Positions 34,779 to 48,359 of a stretch of DNA of 64,000 nt are shown here, piece after piece. Location of the stretch: assembly GCA_030390025.1 (NCBI GenBank), contig CM059433.1, positions 27,096,001 to 27,160,000 on the forward strand. Direction: 5' to 3'. Made by a program: the position numbers and the translations under genes. The DNA comes from Squalus acanthias (taxonomy: Eukaryota). Position 1 is the first letter of the stretch. Every line of letters starts with the position of its first letter. Below the pieces are notes generated by a model. It was given only the letters and a program-made list of their open reading frames with translations, was not told where the DNA came from and ran no database searches.

Positions 34779-36700
34779 AACAGGAACGTTGGTGCTGTGT
34801 AAAATAGGCAGCCAATTCACTATCGCCTGTTTTGTGCTACCACCCAAGACCAATTTCACCCCCTTTGTATCTGTGACTAGTGTTGGTCTGAGGATTACTC
34901 TGATACAAAAATGTGCTTGAAGAAATGAGCAAAATGTTAAGTAAAAACAATCTTTTGCTTGCTAAGGCCTTGTTAAAGGACAATTAAGGAGAACATATGC
35001 TATGTATGCAGCTTGGAAGATAATTAAAAATTCAAGATAATCGGGGTATTAAACTCCAGGCCAGACTGGATTCAGTGAGCTTAATGGATGGGAAGATTTT
35101 GAAGTATCACCACAGCTGCAGAGATAAGCATGACATTATAATAAGACACAAAAGATAAAACAAATCTTCTCATTACTAATGAATTGTTGAATTCATCCAT
35201 AATGTAAATAAATAGGTTCTCTTAGGCCTTGAAATTCAGAGTCTGCGGTGGTGATGCTGCGGGCCTTCCCCCCAATCAGCCCAATGCTGACCCCTTCCTA
35301 AATTTGGGGTCAGCAAATTTAAATACTTCTGGGCAGGATAAAAGTGGATGACAAAAAGCAGCCTGGACTATGTGGAAGGAACTGGCACAGGTAATGAGTG
35401 GCAACTCCCTAATGCAGGGCCCTTCTCCAATGCAGGACAAGGTTTCATTACCTCACAAGGTCAACAAAGGTAAGTGCTGTACTGTTCCATGAGTTTACTA
35501 ATTTACTGGTGTCTACATCTGTATTCGACAGCAGGTATACCAATCATTCAATAAATTGAGGGGCCAGCAGACACCAGCCAATTAATGAATGAATGGAGCA
35601 GCAGGTACCAATGAATTAATATATGAATGAAGAGGGCACCAATCATCTACCACTCCTGCCTCCTGCCCACACAGCTTACCTGCTTCCTGCCTCTCACCAG
35701 CCAATGGGACTTTTCTTGGGATGTACAATCTACCACCTCCATACCCCTTTCCTTCCGCTTCCATTGCTTCCTGTTTCTCCCGAGGCCACGACCTTACCTT
35801 TTACGGTTTCACCAGCAGTTTAACTTTCAAAGCGCTTTTACAGTTGTCAAAGATATTACAAACATATCAAGCATCTGGGTGAAACAGAAGCTGGGTTGCA
35901 GAATTTGGCAGTATTGGGAGGGGTAGTAGTGGTGTTTGGATGCATTAGGAATGTGGTTCCAGTGTTTTCTTCAAATGGGAAAGGTGTCTAGGAATGGAAG
36001 CAATGGGGGGAATCCAGGAATATGGTCCTGTCGATATTTCTTTAAGAATAGTAGGCGTAGCCATGATTTGTTATAAAGAGTAGCAATGCTCTACTTAAGT
36101 AAAATAACCAGTAAACTCACAGTAACTTCAGGAGCTGAATCAGCCAGCTGCTTTTCAAACAAACACAGAGCAGAGAGCCTGATGAGTCACCTGACAATTC
36201 CCATGACTCAGACGCTACATACTTGCATCTAACGTACGTCCCGCGTCACAGTGGTAGGATTGGGGGAAGGGTTCTAAGGTGTTGGAGCATTGGGATGAGG
36301 GTGCTGGATGTGGCAACTGGGTGGACTTGGGGTTGGCAGTGGTGGCCTGTTGGACCATTGAATCGAGAGGTTCTTCGGTATGGGAATATTGGGTTTGCAG
36401 GGTGCTGCTGAAAAATGTATATGGTTCTCTCAGGGACAGGCAGGCAGTGGAGGGGAAAGCATAGGCATAAGGAGAAGGCGAATGCCTATGCATTCGGCAT
36501 GGGAAACCCTTCCAGCAAATTCCTACCACCTGCTGTGAACACTTAGCTGCAACCAAACCCAATGGCCAGCCTTGAGGTCAGATTTTGGGGCTCAGGATCT
36601 GGTCATAGTAGGACAGGAGCTATACCAGAAGTGGGAGGGGGGGCGGGGGGGAACTGGTGTATGGCAGGCTGAGATTTCTTAAAAGGGAAATGGCAGTGAA

Positions 36701-37183
36701 TTTTTTTTAATATTCATTCTTGGGATGTGGGCATTGCTGGCAAGGCCATCATTTATTGCCCACCCTAATTGCCCTTAAGAACGTAGTGGAGAGCTGACTT
36801 CTTGAACCGCTGCAGTCCATGTGGTGAAGGTACTCCCACAGTGCTGTTAGGGAGGGAGTTCCAGGACCTTGACCGATGATGAAGGAACGGTGATATATTT
36901 CCAAATAAGGATGGTGTGTGACTTGGAGGGGAACTTGGAGGTGGTGGTGTTCTCATGCACCTGCTGCCCTTGTCCTTCCAGGTGGTAAAGGTCATGGGTT
37001 TGGGAGATCCTGTTGAAGAAGCCTTGGCGAGTAGATAGTACACACTGCAGCCACGGTGTGCAGTGGTGGAGGGAGTGAATGTTTAAGGTGGTAGATGGGG
37101 TGCCAATCAAGCAGGCTGCTTTGTCCTGGATGGTGTTGAGCTTGAGTGTTGTTGGAGCTGCACTTCATCCAGGCAAGTGGAGA
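36701..37183 (-). mobile_element. 3' fragment of the tRNA-headed LINE family
   Basis: SWNSLPNSTVGVPSPHGLQRFKK..., same 3' tail and poly(A). A tail-only piece also lies at ~30343-30400. Confidence 0.85.
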
Positions 37184-37864
37184 TTATTTTTAACTTTCTA
37201 CTTTTAATTCATCCCATTCTATAATACACATCCAGTAACATAAAACATACTTGCATGGGTGGTTTGCATTGTAGTGCTCCTTTCAATTTGGAAATACATT
37301 TCTAACTTCACAAGGGCATAGCATGATGTATAATTGCAGCCCATTTGAACACTGATTAGTTGCCAGATATTGTTTAACTTTACTTGAAGAACAGTTGAAT
37401 TTGACTGGTGACCTCATGTTACAATGGTGTTGTGGTGTCACATTGTATTCAACCCCAGGCAGTTAGGTAAACATTGGTATAAACATCAAAGTATTTGATG
37501 AAAAAATGCTGAAAAATCTGGAATGGAAACAAACATCTATGAGCTGTGACTGAAAATCAGTGATAAGACTATGAGAGCAGGGAAACAACAATGGACACAA
37601 GAGAACTGGAATACAGGATAAACTGCTTGTCTTCAATTACAAAACGCTGTGTGACTGTACAGGCACATGCCTTAATTTTAGTTGACTGCATCACTTATTT
37701 GCAGAGTGCTAATGAAGATATAACTGCCCTATGATACTAAGGATTAAGTTAAACAATGGCCTGGAATTTGCGGTCAGTGGCGAAGCGACGGCGCTCGCTG
37801 CTGACCTCGAAGAAAGCTGCCCACAAAGATCTAGCGATCTCTGTGGTGTCAATTTCAGCTGGCC

Positions 37865-38547
37865 CGTCCTTGTACAGGAAACACAGAAAGTTAGCATGGA
37901 GGTACAGCAAGCAATTAGAAAGGCAAATTACATGTTGGCTTTTATTGCAAGGGGGTGAGAGTACAAGAGTAAGGAAGTCTTACTACAATTGTACAGGGCT
38001 TTGGTGAGACCACACCTGTAGTACTGTGCACAGTTTTGGTCTCCTTATCTGAGAAAGGACATACATGCCTTAGAGGCGGTGCAACGAAGGCTCACCAGGC
38101 TGGTCCCTGGGATAACAGGGTTGTCCTATGAGGAGAGATTTAGTAGATTGGGCTTATACTCTCTGGAGTTTAGAAGAATGAGAGGTGAACTCATTGAAAC
38201 ATAAGATTCTGAGGGGGATTGACAGGGTAGATGCTGACAGGTTGTTTCCCCAGCTGGAGAGTCTAGAACTAGGGGGCATAGTCTCAGGATAAGGGATCGG
38301 CCATTTAAGACTGAGATGAGGAGGAATTTCTTCACTCGGAGGGTTGTGAATCTTTGAAATTCTCTACCCAAAAGGGCTGTGGATGCTGAGATAGATAGAT
38401 TTTTGGACTCTAGGCGCATCAAGGGATATGGGGTTTGGGCGGGAAAGTGGAGTTGAGGTCGAAGATCAGCCATGATCTTATTAAATGGCGGAGCAGGCTT
38501 GAAGGGTCGTATGGCCTATTCCTGCTCCTAATTCTTAAGTTCTTATG
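37865..38547 (+). mobile_element. CR1 LINE 3' fragment
   Basis: QVQQAIRKAN.MLAFIARG...LVRPHL*YC.QFWSP...LYSLEFRRMRG.LIE; tail GGCCTATTCCTGCTCCTAATTCTTA.GTTCTTATG. Confidence 0.9.
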
Positions 38548-38674
38548 ATCAGAGCAGAATTTGGAAACTAACACATAAACGAACTTGTTTCTGCACTGTT
38601 TACAGCTTGCACCATAGTGGGATTTACCTAATTAGTGGAACTAATTGTTCAGGGAAACATAAAATAAATGGACA

Positions 38675-39093
38675 GAAAGAAAGTATTTGCATTTATATAG
38701 TTCCTTTCACAGCTTCAAGATGTCCCAAAGCACTTCACTCGTTCTTTTGAGGTATAGTTACTGGCAAATGCACCAGTCAATTTACGCACAGCAAGGTCCC
38801 ACAAATAACAATGAGATAAATTACCAAATAATCGATTTTAGTGGTCTTAGTTGAGTGATAAATGTTAACCTTGACTCTGGGAAAATACCCCTGCTCTTCT
38901 TTGAATAGTAGCATGGAATCTTTTATGCCAACCTGAGAGGGCACATGGGGCTGCAGTTTAATGCTCATTTGAAAGATGCAGCAATCCCTCAGTACTGAAG
39001 AGTTAGCCTAGATTGTGTGCTTAAGTTTCTGCAGTGAGGCGTGAATCCATGACCTTCTGACTCAGAGGCAAGCGTGCTACCCATTGAGCCGAG
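38675..39093 (-). mobile_element. Deu-domain tRNA-SINE, near full length, diverged
   Basis: Tail ..TATTTGCATTTATATAG, shared core, head CCTTCTGACTCAGAGGCAAGCGTGCTACCCATTGAGCC. Confidence 0.7.
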
Positions 39094-39989
39094 GATTTGC
39101 CTCTAGATCCTACCAAAAATTGCTTTTATTTTTATTTGGGTGAATATAATGTCCCATTGTTTTGTCCCTCACCACACCAGTTGAAAACAGAGTGTCTTTC
39201 TCAACATGTAGATGCTTGACAAGCTCTAAGCTATGTTATTGCATGAAACAATTTTGAACGTCTGCAGCATTATTCTTTTCCTACCAGTTCAAGATCCAAG
39301 ACAAACTGGTCACCAAGCAGCAATCAGTGAATGGCTCAGTACAGAATGCACTACCATCGTGCACCAAAGCTGCTCAGTGGCAGGTACTGTACCTGTTCCA
39401 CGACTGTGTCATAGGTATCTCTCAATCAGGTTCCAATTCAGTAATTCTCACAGATTTACCAAATACTGGTCTATTTTTGACTCCAGCACAGGTACTACGT
39501 TTTGAGATTTTCAATGATTTAGCCCAGAAGGAAATTGCAGATTCATTTATATTATTATGTTGCCATCAACTTAAATTTGGTTCACAAAGGGTTATTCCAA
39601 AAAATACAATAACTATGTGGGATATTGTTTACGGTGAATTAGCCAGAATACTAGCTGTCGTAGAAATGCATCGTCTGACATGACCACATTAGTTTGAGAC
39701 AATGGGAGACGTTGGTCTCTATGGTTGACCCACTGGCTGTAAACACAAAGGTTGGAGTAGGTATTTGCTTTTCTTCTTGTCAACTAAAGACGTACTTTAG
39801 GCCACAATCAGTAAAGTTGATTACTAGGAAACTACAGGCTTCCCGAACTGAAATTCTAAAATACTTCAATGATTGAAAATAAGGCAGCTTATAATTCCAA
39901 TTCTGTCATAGTTACTATTCTAAAGCTGTCTCTAGCATACATACCTCTCATAGCACAAATGAGCTATACAATATCAGAATTTAAATCTC

Positions 39990-42478
39990 GGAACATAGGA
40001 TCATATGAATTGATAAATGAAAAATGACCAACGTCCATCTAGTTTACCTTCTATGCATGATAGTCGCCTGATACAATGATAATGGAGTTGTTGACTAATC
40101 ATGGTAATCAATCTCTATGAAGAGGATAACTAAGGAAAGAGTAAGGCCTATTAGAGAGCGAAAAGGAAACTTGTGTGTGGAGGCAGAAGACGTGGGTATG
40201 GTTCTGAATGAATACTTTGCGTCTATCTTCACAAAAGAGATGGACAATCCAGACATTGTTGTTAAGGAGGAGGAATGTGAAATATTAGATGAGATAAACA
40301 TAGTGAGAGAGGAAATATTAAGGGCTTTAGCATCTTTGAAAGTGGATAAATCACCAGGCAATGTATCCCAGGCTGTTAAGAGAAGCAAGGGAGGAAATAG
40401 CGGAGGCTCTGACCATCATTTTCCAATCCTCACTGGCTACAGGTGTGGTGTCAGAGGACTGGAGGACTTCTAACGTTTTACCATTGTTTAAAAAGGGAGA
40501 AAGGGATAGACAGCCTAACCTTGCTGTTGGGCAAATTATTGGAAAAAAATTCTGAGGGACAGTATTAATCATTATTTAGAATGCCACAGATTAATCAAGG
40601 ACAGTCAGCATGGATTTGTTAAAGGAAGGTCTTGTCTGACTAACTTGATTGAATTTTTTGAGGAGGTAACAAGGAGGGTAGTTGAGGGTAGCGGGTTTGA
40701 TGTAGTCTACATGGATTTTAGCAAGGCTTTTGACAAGGTCCCACATGGCAGACTGGTCAGAAAAGTAAAAACCCATGGGATCCAAGGGAAAATGGCAAGT
40801 TGGATCCAAAATTGGCTCAGTGGCAGCAAGCAAAGTGTAATGGTCGACAGGTGTTTTTCTGACTGGAAGGCTGTTTCCAGTGGGGTTCCGCAGGGCTCAG
40901 TACTGGGTTCCTTGCTTTTTGTGGTATATATCAATGTTTTAGACTTCAATGTAGGGGGCATGATTAAGAAGTTTGCGGATGATACAAAAATTGGCCGTGT
41001 GGTTGATACCAAGGAAGAAAGCTGTAGACTGCAGGAAGATATCAATGGACTGGTCAGGTGGGCAGAAAAGTGGCAAATGGAATTCAATCCGGAGAAGTGT
41101 GAGGTAATGCATTTGGGGAGGGCTAACAAAGCAAGGGAATACACAATAAATGGTAGGAGACTGAGAAGCGTAGAGGAACAGAGGGACCTTGGAGTGCATG
41201 TCCACAGATCCCTGAAGGTAGCAGGACAGGTAGATAAGGTGGTTAAGAAGGCATATGGGATACTTTCCTTTATTAGCCGCGGCATAGTATATAAGAGCAG
41301 GGAGGTTACGCTTGAACTGTATAAAACACTAGTTAGGCCACAGCTAGAGTACTGTGTACAGTTCTGGTCACCACACTACACAAAAGATGTGATTGCACTG
41401 GAGAGGTTACAGAGGAGATTTACGAGGATGTTGCCAGGACTGGAGCATTTTAGCTATGAGGAAAGATTGGATAGGCTGGGATTGTTTTCTTTGGAACAGA
41501 GGAGGCTGAGGGGAGAATTAATTGAGGTGCATAAAATTATGAGGGGCCTGGATAGAGTGGATAGGAAGGACCTATTTCCCCTAGCAGAGAGGTCAATCAC
41601 CAGGGGGCATAGATTTAAACTAATTCGTAGGATTAGAGGAGAACTTTTTTCACCCAGAGGGTGATGGAGGTCTGGAACTCACTGCCTGAAAGGGTGGTAG
41701 AGGCAGAGACCCTCACCACATTTAAAAAGTACTTGGATATGCACTTGAAGTGCTGTAACCTACAAGGCTTTGGACCAAGAGCTGGAAAGTGGGATTAGGC
41801 TGGATAACTCTTTCTCAGCCGACAGAGACATGATGGGCCAAATGACCTCCTTCTGTGCTGTAAATTTCTATGAGTTAGTCTACAAAAGACCCAGACATGA
41901 GGTGAGGAAAATCCCAGTGGTGGAGAGCTTTGGGAACCATAGATCCAAAGTCACCTGTTCCTCCCAAGCATGCTACACTTATCCTATGTCATGTCTCAAA
42001 TTACTCATACACTGCGTCCCAAATATTATTTTCTGGAAGAAATCTATCTAATTTGCATTTGAATTAATCAATACTAACTGTTTCCACCATCTTCCTAGGA
42101 AGCCTGTTCCATAGATTAACCACTCACTCACTGAAATATTTCCGCAGATTAGTTTTGAATTTACCCCTCTTCAAGCGCAGGCCGTGTCCTTTGGCTCTAC
42201 TGTTCTGGACAAGGTGAAATAACTTGTCATGGTCGACATTATCTAGTCCCTTTAGAATCCTAAAAACAGTAATCACATCATCGCTCAACATTCTCTTTTC
42301 CAGTGAGAGAATGCCCAATTTACATAACTGCTCCTTGTAATCCAATCCGTCCATCCCCTCAATCATTCTGGTTGCCCTTTGCTGTATCCTTTCAATTGTT
42401 GCAATATTTTTTCCTACTGCATCGACCACAACTGTACACAGTACTCTACGTGTGGTCGTACCAATGATTTATAAATTT
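39990..42478 (-). mobile_element. Older CR1 3' fragment with long 3' UTR, split by a younger CR1
   Basis: 42124-42470 minus: ...IATIERIQQRATRMI.G..GLDY.E.L..LG..SLEKR...D.ITVFRILKG; UTR continues across the 40121-41873 insert. Confidence 0.65.
40121..41873 (+). mobile_element. CR1 LINE, 5'-truncated, with 339-codon open RT stretch (40645-41664)
   Basis: DFSKAFDKVPH, GVPQGSVLG, KFADDTK, EYCVQFWSP; 7-bp TSD TCTATGA (40114-40120, 41867-41873); upstream frameshifts. Confidence 0.93.
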
Positions 42479-43171
42479 ATAAATCTGATCTACTTTACGC
42501 AAAATATACTAAAATTCTGACTTGCTGAAACTAAGCTGTATAATATCTGGAATGCATAACTTTCTGCCTTTGGAAGAGGGTTAGAAATTTAGAATGACAA
42601 TTTACATAAGAGAACAAGAAACATATCAAGATGTAAGAGTTAGCTTTTTATATCATTTGTTACCCTTAACTGAGCATGAGAAGGAGTTTATTTGAAGTAT
42701 GTGCAGACTGTAACAATTGGTGGCCTAGTATTGATCGCCTAGATGGGTCGGAGAGGAATTTCACTGATTTTTTCCCCAAATTGGCCTGGGTTTTTATCTG
42801 GTTTTACGCCTCTCCCAGCAGATCACATGGTTTTGGGTGGGGTGGGGTGGAGTTTTTGGGCTCAAATTCGATAAGGCATGAAAACAGACGCAGGGATCAC
42901 GATGCGCAATCTGCACGCGGCCATTGAAAGAAATGCAGGCAGCACGCGACATTCCGGCTACAAGCTAATTAACATGGTTGAAGCATTGAGCCCAGCGCTG
43001 AGAGCACTGCTGGTTGGCAGAGTGCTCAGCATGGGGCCCAAGTTCATGGGAAGTGATCTCTATTTAAAGCTAGCCTACAGTTTGAAACACAGTCTGCACT
43101 TCTTAAAGTGGAGGTGCTTTCTGAAATAAGCACCTCATTGTAATTGTTGTCAAGGCAACTGTAAGGTAGCT

Positions 43172-46100
43172 ATGGCTCAACAGGGTAGAGAAAGGGCAAC
43201 TACATTCTCAGACGCAACACTGGAGGCCTTAGCACAGGGGTCGAAAGGAGGAGACAGGACCTCTACCTGCAGGGGGCCAGGAGGCCCTCCAGACTAACTG
43301 TAAGAAGGCAGTGGGAGCAGATTGCTGAAGCAGTTAGTGCCACCAGTCTTTCCCCCAGGACCTGGGCTCAATGCCGAAAGAAGTTTAATGACCTCATACG
43401 AGTGATCAAGGTCAGTGAATGCATCTTCAAATTTCAAATCCCACCAACCGCACCACTAGCCTAACACACTGCTCAATGCACCACACCCCCATCACTCACC
43501 TAACAACAATCTCCATCAATTACGACTCATACCTCACAATCATAGCTTCACCTCGCCCTCACACGTTTACTACTGCTGCAAGCCTCACATCCACATTTCA
43601 CACCTTGCACACACTGCCAGCTTTCCACCATGACAGACACATCACCCAAACACATTGCACCGCACTCACTGACACACTTCCCTTTCTCTTGCAGGCCAAG
43701 GTGGCACGTAACTGGTGCAAGCAGCAGCTAACAGGCGGGGGACAGGCACGGCTGCACATCCTGACCCAGCTGGAGGAGACTGCTAGACATCATTGGAGGG
43801 GCCGTAAATGAGGACGTGGCAATTGGCAGTATGATCATACATAATCGCCCTCACATACCACTTCCCCCTCATCCCACAATCTCTTCTCATTTACAAGCTG
43901 CTAATGATGTAAGCATACACAACTTGCTTCCCTGCCCCTCCCCTCACTACAACCCTACTCTTGTCCCTTTCTCCTTTCAGATACCCAAGAACTCCAACCA
44001 GCACAGGCAGTGTAGGAAGAACAAGAGGAAAGTGATGGACAAGAAGAGACACTGTCACTCGATCTGAGACTTGCAGGCACCAGCTCAGAAACTAGCACTG
44101 CGCATACTTTAGAGGGTAGTATAGAGGTGGGATCTTAGAATCATAGAATGGTTACAGCACAGAAGTAGGCTTTTCGGCCCATCCAGCCTGTGCCAGCTCT
44201 CTGCAAGAGCACTTCAGCTGATCCCAGTCCCCCGCCTTTTCCCCATAGCCCTGCAATTTTTTCTCTTCAGGTACTTATCCAATTCCCTTTTGAAAGCCAC
44301 GATTGAATCTGCCTCCACCATCCTTTCAGGTAGTGCATTCCAGATCATAACCACTTCCTGCGTAAAAAGGATTTTCCTCATGTCGCTTTTGGTTCTTCTG
44401 CCAATCACCTTAAATCTGTGTCCTCTGGTTCTCGACCCTTCCGCCAATGGGAACAGTTTCTCTCTATCTACTCTGTCTAGACCCCTCATGATTTTGAACA
44501 CCTCTATCAAATCTCCTCTCAACCTTCTCCGCTCGAAGGAGAACAACCCCAGGTTGTCCAGTCTATCCACGTAACTGAACTCACTCATCCCTGGAACCAT
44601 TCTTGTAAATCTTTTCTGGCCTCTCTAAGACCTTCACATCCTTCCTAAAGTGCGGTGCCAAGAATTGGACACAATAGTCCAGTTGAGGCCGAATAGTGTT
44701 TTATAAAGGTTCATCATAACTTGCTTTTGTACTCTATGCCTCTATTTATAAAGCCTAGGATCCAGTATGCTTTTTTAACCACTTTCTCAACCTGCCCTGT
44801 CACCTTCAACGATTTGTACATATATACCCCCAGGTCTCTCTGTTTCTGTACCCGCTTTAGAATTGTACCCTTTAGTTTTTTTGGGCTCTCCTCGTTCTTC
44901 CTACCTAAATGTATCACTTCGCACTTTTCTGCCACGTGTCCGCCCATTCCACCAGCCTGTCTATATTTTCTTGAAGTCTATCACTGTCCTCCTTACTGTT
45001 TACTATACTTCCAAGTTTTGTGTCATCTGCAAATCTTGAAATTGTGCCTTGTACACCCAAGTCCAAGTCATCAATACATATCAAGAAAAGCAGTGGTCCT
45101 AGTACCGACCCCTGGGGAACACCACTGTATACCATCCTCCAGTCTGAAAAACAACCGTTCACCACTACTCTCTGTTTCCTGTCACTTAGCCAATTTTGTA
45201 TCCATGCTGCCACTGTCCCTTTTATCCCATGGGTTTCAACTTTGCTGACAAGCCTATTATGTGGCACTTTATCAAACGCTTTTTGGAAGTCCATGTACAC
45301 CACGTCAACCGCATTGCCCTCATCAACCCTCTCTGTTACCTCATCAAAAAACTCAATCAATCAAGTTAGTTAAACACGATTTGCCTTTAACAAATCCGTG
45401 CTGGCTTTCCTTAATTAATCCACACTTGTCCAAGTGACTGTTAATTTTGTTCTGGATTATCGTTTCTAAAAGCTTCCCCACTACCGAGGTTAAACTGACT
45501 GGCCTGTAGTTGCTGGGTTTATCCTTACACCCTTTTTTTGAACAAGGGTGTAACATTTGCAATTCTCCAGTCCTCTGGCACCACCCCCATATTTAAGGAG
45601 GACTGGAAGATTATGGTAGGTACCTCCACAATTTCCACCTTTACTTCCCTCAGCATCCTAGGATGCATCCCATCCGGTCCTGGTGACTTATCTACTTTAA
45701 GTACAGCCAGCTTTTCTAGTACCTCCTTTTTTATCAATTTTTAGCCCATCCAGTATCTTAACTACCTCCTCTTTTACTTTGACTTGGGCAGCATCTTATT
45801 CCTTGGTAAAGACAGATGCAAAGTACTCATTTAGTACCTCAGCCATGCCCTCTGCCTCCATGCGTAGGTTTCCATGTTGGTCCCTAATCGACCCCCTCTT
45901 ACTACCCGTTTACTATTTATATGTCTGTAGAAGACTTTTGGATTCCCTTTTATGTTAGCTGCCAGTCTATTCTCATATTCTCTCTTTGCCCCTCTTATTT
46001 CCTTTTTCACTTCCCCTCTGAACTTTCTATATTCAGCCTGGTTCTCACTTGTGTTCTCAACCTGACATTTGTCATACGCTCCCTTTTTCTGCTTCATCTT

Positions 46101-47125
46101 ACGCTCTGTCTCTTTCGTCATCCAGGGAGTTCTGGCTTTGGTTGTCCTACCTTTCCCCCTCATGGGAATGTATCTCAATTGTACCCGAACCATCTCCTCT
46201 TTAAAGGCAGCCCATTGTTCGATTACAGTTTTGCCTGTCAATCTTTGATTCCAATTTACCCGGGCCAGATCCGTTCTCAACCCACTGAAATTGGCCCTCC
46301 TCCAATTAAGTATTGCACATGGTAAGTCACCAGGCACAATGGCCTTCAGCCAATGCAGGGGGAAAGGGTAGCGCAGTTGCTAGATCCCCGGAGAGCGAGG
46401 TCGCACACGAGTTCAGTTGCAGAGGACTCAGATGAGGACTTTGATGGGGTGGTCTTCAGAAGAAGTGTGATGGGCATTCACACAGAAATGCTTGATGCAT
46501 TGGCAGGCCTGCCAAAGGGCCGGTTGTCACTGTCAAGGAGCATGGAGGAGTCCGGCTCCAACCTTCCACAGAGGATTGGGGTCAATGATTTCCAGGATGG
46601 AAGTGATGGGCAACTCCATTAGAGCACTTGTGCCCCCAACCATGATGCAGGGTCTGATGGGTGATATCTCAGCTTCCATTGCAGCACAAGTGCTGCAGTG
46701 GAAGCTCAGACTTTTGTCATGCAAGCTCAGCTTGCTGCCACGCATGCTGCCATCGTGGCTGCATTTACCAGTCTTGAAAGGGGCTTGCAAGGCCTCCAAC
46801 AGATTACTAGGATTGCTGAGGCACTGTCCCGGGGGAGTGCCAGTGGCTCCGTGCAAACAAACCTGCTGTCTTCTCTCAGGATGACAACATTTGTACTTCC
46901 ACCACTGCCACTCCGCCAGCGCCCTTGCTGTTGCCTGTCAGTCAGCCAGCCCAGACTGTGGCTGCCCATGCCGCGGTGGTTCAGTCTACAGCCGGGCCTT
47001 CTAGGCCCAGAGCTGCTCGAGGCAGTCCTGCAAGGCCATCTGCAGTGTCGCCCACTGAAACTCAGCAGCCTTCCACCAGCCATGCTGCAGCCACTGGGGT
47101 AGCACTTCATAGGAGCACTAGGCCA
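43172..47125 (+). pseudogene. Harbinger Myb/SANT-like DNA-binding protein gene (NAIF1/MSANTD-like), 3 exons
   Basis: Exon 1 43172-43410 MAQQGRERATTFSDATLEAL...ERRRQDLY...WEQIAEAVSA...RTWAQCRKKFNDLIRVIK|GT; acceptor ctcttgcag, exon 2 from 43695 AKVARN...LTGGG; exon 3 from 43981 after ctttcag, split by CR1; frameshifted. 3' end approximate. Confidence 0.8.
44136..46313 (-). mobile_element. CR1 LINE (linker + RT + 3' tail) nested in Harbinger Myb exon 3
   Basis: DKSPGPDGMHPR, NYRPVSLTSVVGK, DFQKAFDKVPH, FADDTKL; tail TTCTATGATTCTA on minus strand. Confidence 0.93.
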
Positions 47126-47299
47126 GGCAAATTCCAATACTACTTTGTTATGTAGTATTGGAATGAATCATTTATAAATTATGTTTTGAATGTTTATTTT
47201 GTGGTGGCTTTCATTTCAGCATTGAGGCCAAGAGGACGCTGTGATGTTCCGTGACATAAGAATGGTAAGCTGGGGAATTGCTGAGCAACGGGGATCTGG

Positions 47300-48359
47300 G
47301 GTTTCATGCAGAGGAAGCGGAGTCTGATGATGCGCACATGGACAGCCCGTCCGGAACGTGGATTTACAGGCTGCCTCCTCCCTTCCTCCTCCTCCTGACG
47401 TAGTTGTGGAACCTGTGGTGGCAAGGGCTGCGCCCTCATGATAGCCAAGTTGTGGAGGATGCAGCAGACCACCATGAATTGGGGCACCTGCTCCGGCGAG
47501 TACTGGAAGGCCCCTCCCAAGTGGTCAAGGGAGCGGATCCGTTGTTTGAGCACCCCGATGATCTGCTCGATGACGTTCCTTGTGGCAGCATGGCTGTCAG
47601 GATATGAGTGTTGGCCACGAGTGCTGGGGTTGCGGAGGGGAGTCATCAGCCAGGTGTAGAACGGATGGCCCTGGTCACCTAGCGGCCACCCTCAGGTTCA
47701 ACATGGTGGCTGGAAGATTGCTGACACAGTGGACTGGCGCAGGATGAAGGCATCATGACTGCTGCCAGGATACCGGGCATTCACCATCATGATATGCTGG
47801 GCGTGGGCGCACACCAACTGCACATTAAGTGAGTGGTACCCTTCGCGGCTACGGAACATCTCACCATTGAGATGCGGCGCCCGCAAAGCCACGTGTGTGC
47901 AGTCGATAGAGAGAAGACAATGAAGTCCCCTCTCCTAGAGTACAGAGCCTCTGTGACCTCCCGGATGCAGCGATGGACGACGAACTGCGAGATGTTTGCT
48001 ATGTTGCCTGTTCTAGCCTGGAAGGATCCGCTGGCGAATATATTCAGGTCCACGGTCACCTTGAGGGCCACTGGCAGCGCCGTCGACGCCCTGCTCTGAG
48101 GCTGCAGGTCTGGTTCCAAGAGGTGGCAGAGTTCTGTTACCACCTGCTTGATGAAGCGGAGCCGCCAAACACACTGCTCCTGGCTTAGGTGCAGGTAGGA
48201 GAAGTGTTCTCTGAAGACCCTAGGTGGGTAAAGCCTCCTGCTGAGAGTCCTACTCCCCCTCCTCCTCCTCCCTTTGCGAGCTGCTTGTCTTCTTTGCTGC
48301 CTATGTTCCATCTCCCTGTCATGCTGCAGCGCAAGGGGGACTGCAACTGGAGCCCCCAT
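47300..48359 (-). pseudogene. Harbinger DDE transposase (HARBI1-like), disrupted
   Basis: MGAPVAVP...PPRVFREHFSYL...LRF...FASGSFQ...ISQ..VHRCIREVT...IDCTHVALRAP...GYHSLNVQLVC...ARYPGSSHDAFIL...GDQG...WLMTP...TRNVIEQ.IGVLKQR...CCILHN; internal deletion, frameshift and stops. Confidence 0.9.

Noticed and set aside
40645..41664. 339-aa RT ORF as an active gene
   Set aside because: 5'-truncated CR1 lacking endonuclease and promoter, with upstream frameshifts.
47300..48359. Domesticated HARBI1 gene
   Set aside because: Has stops, a frameshift and an internal deletion, and lies between TIRs with a partner Myb gene, so it is a transposon copy.
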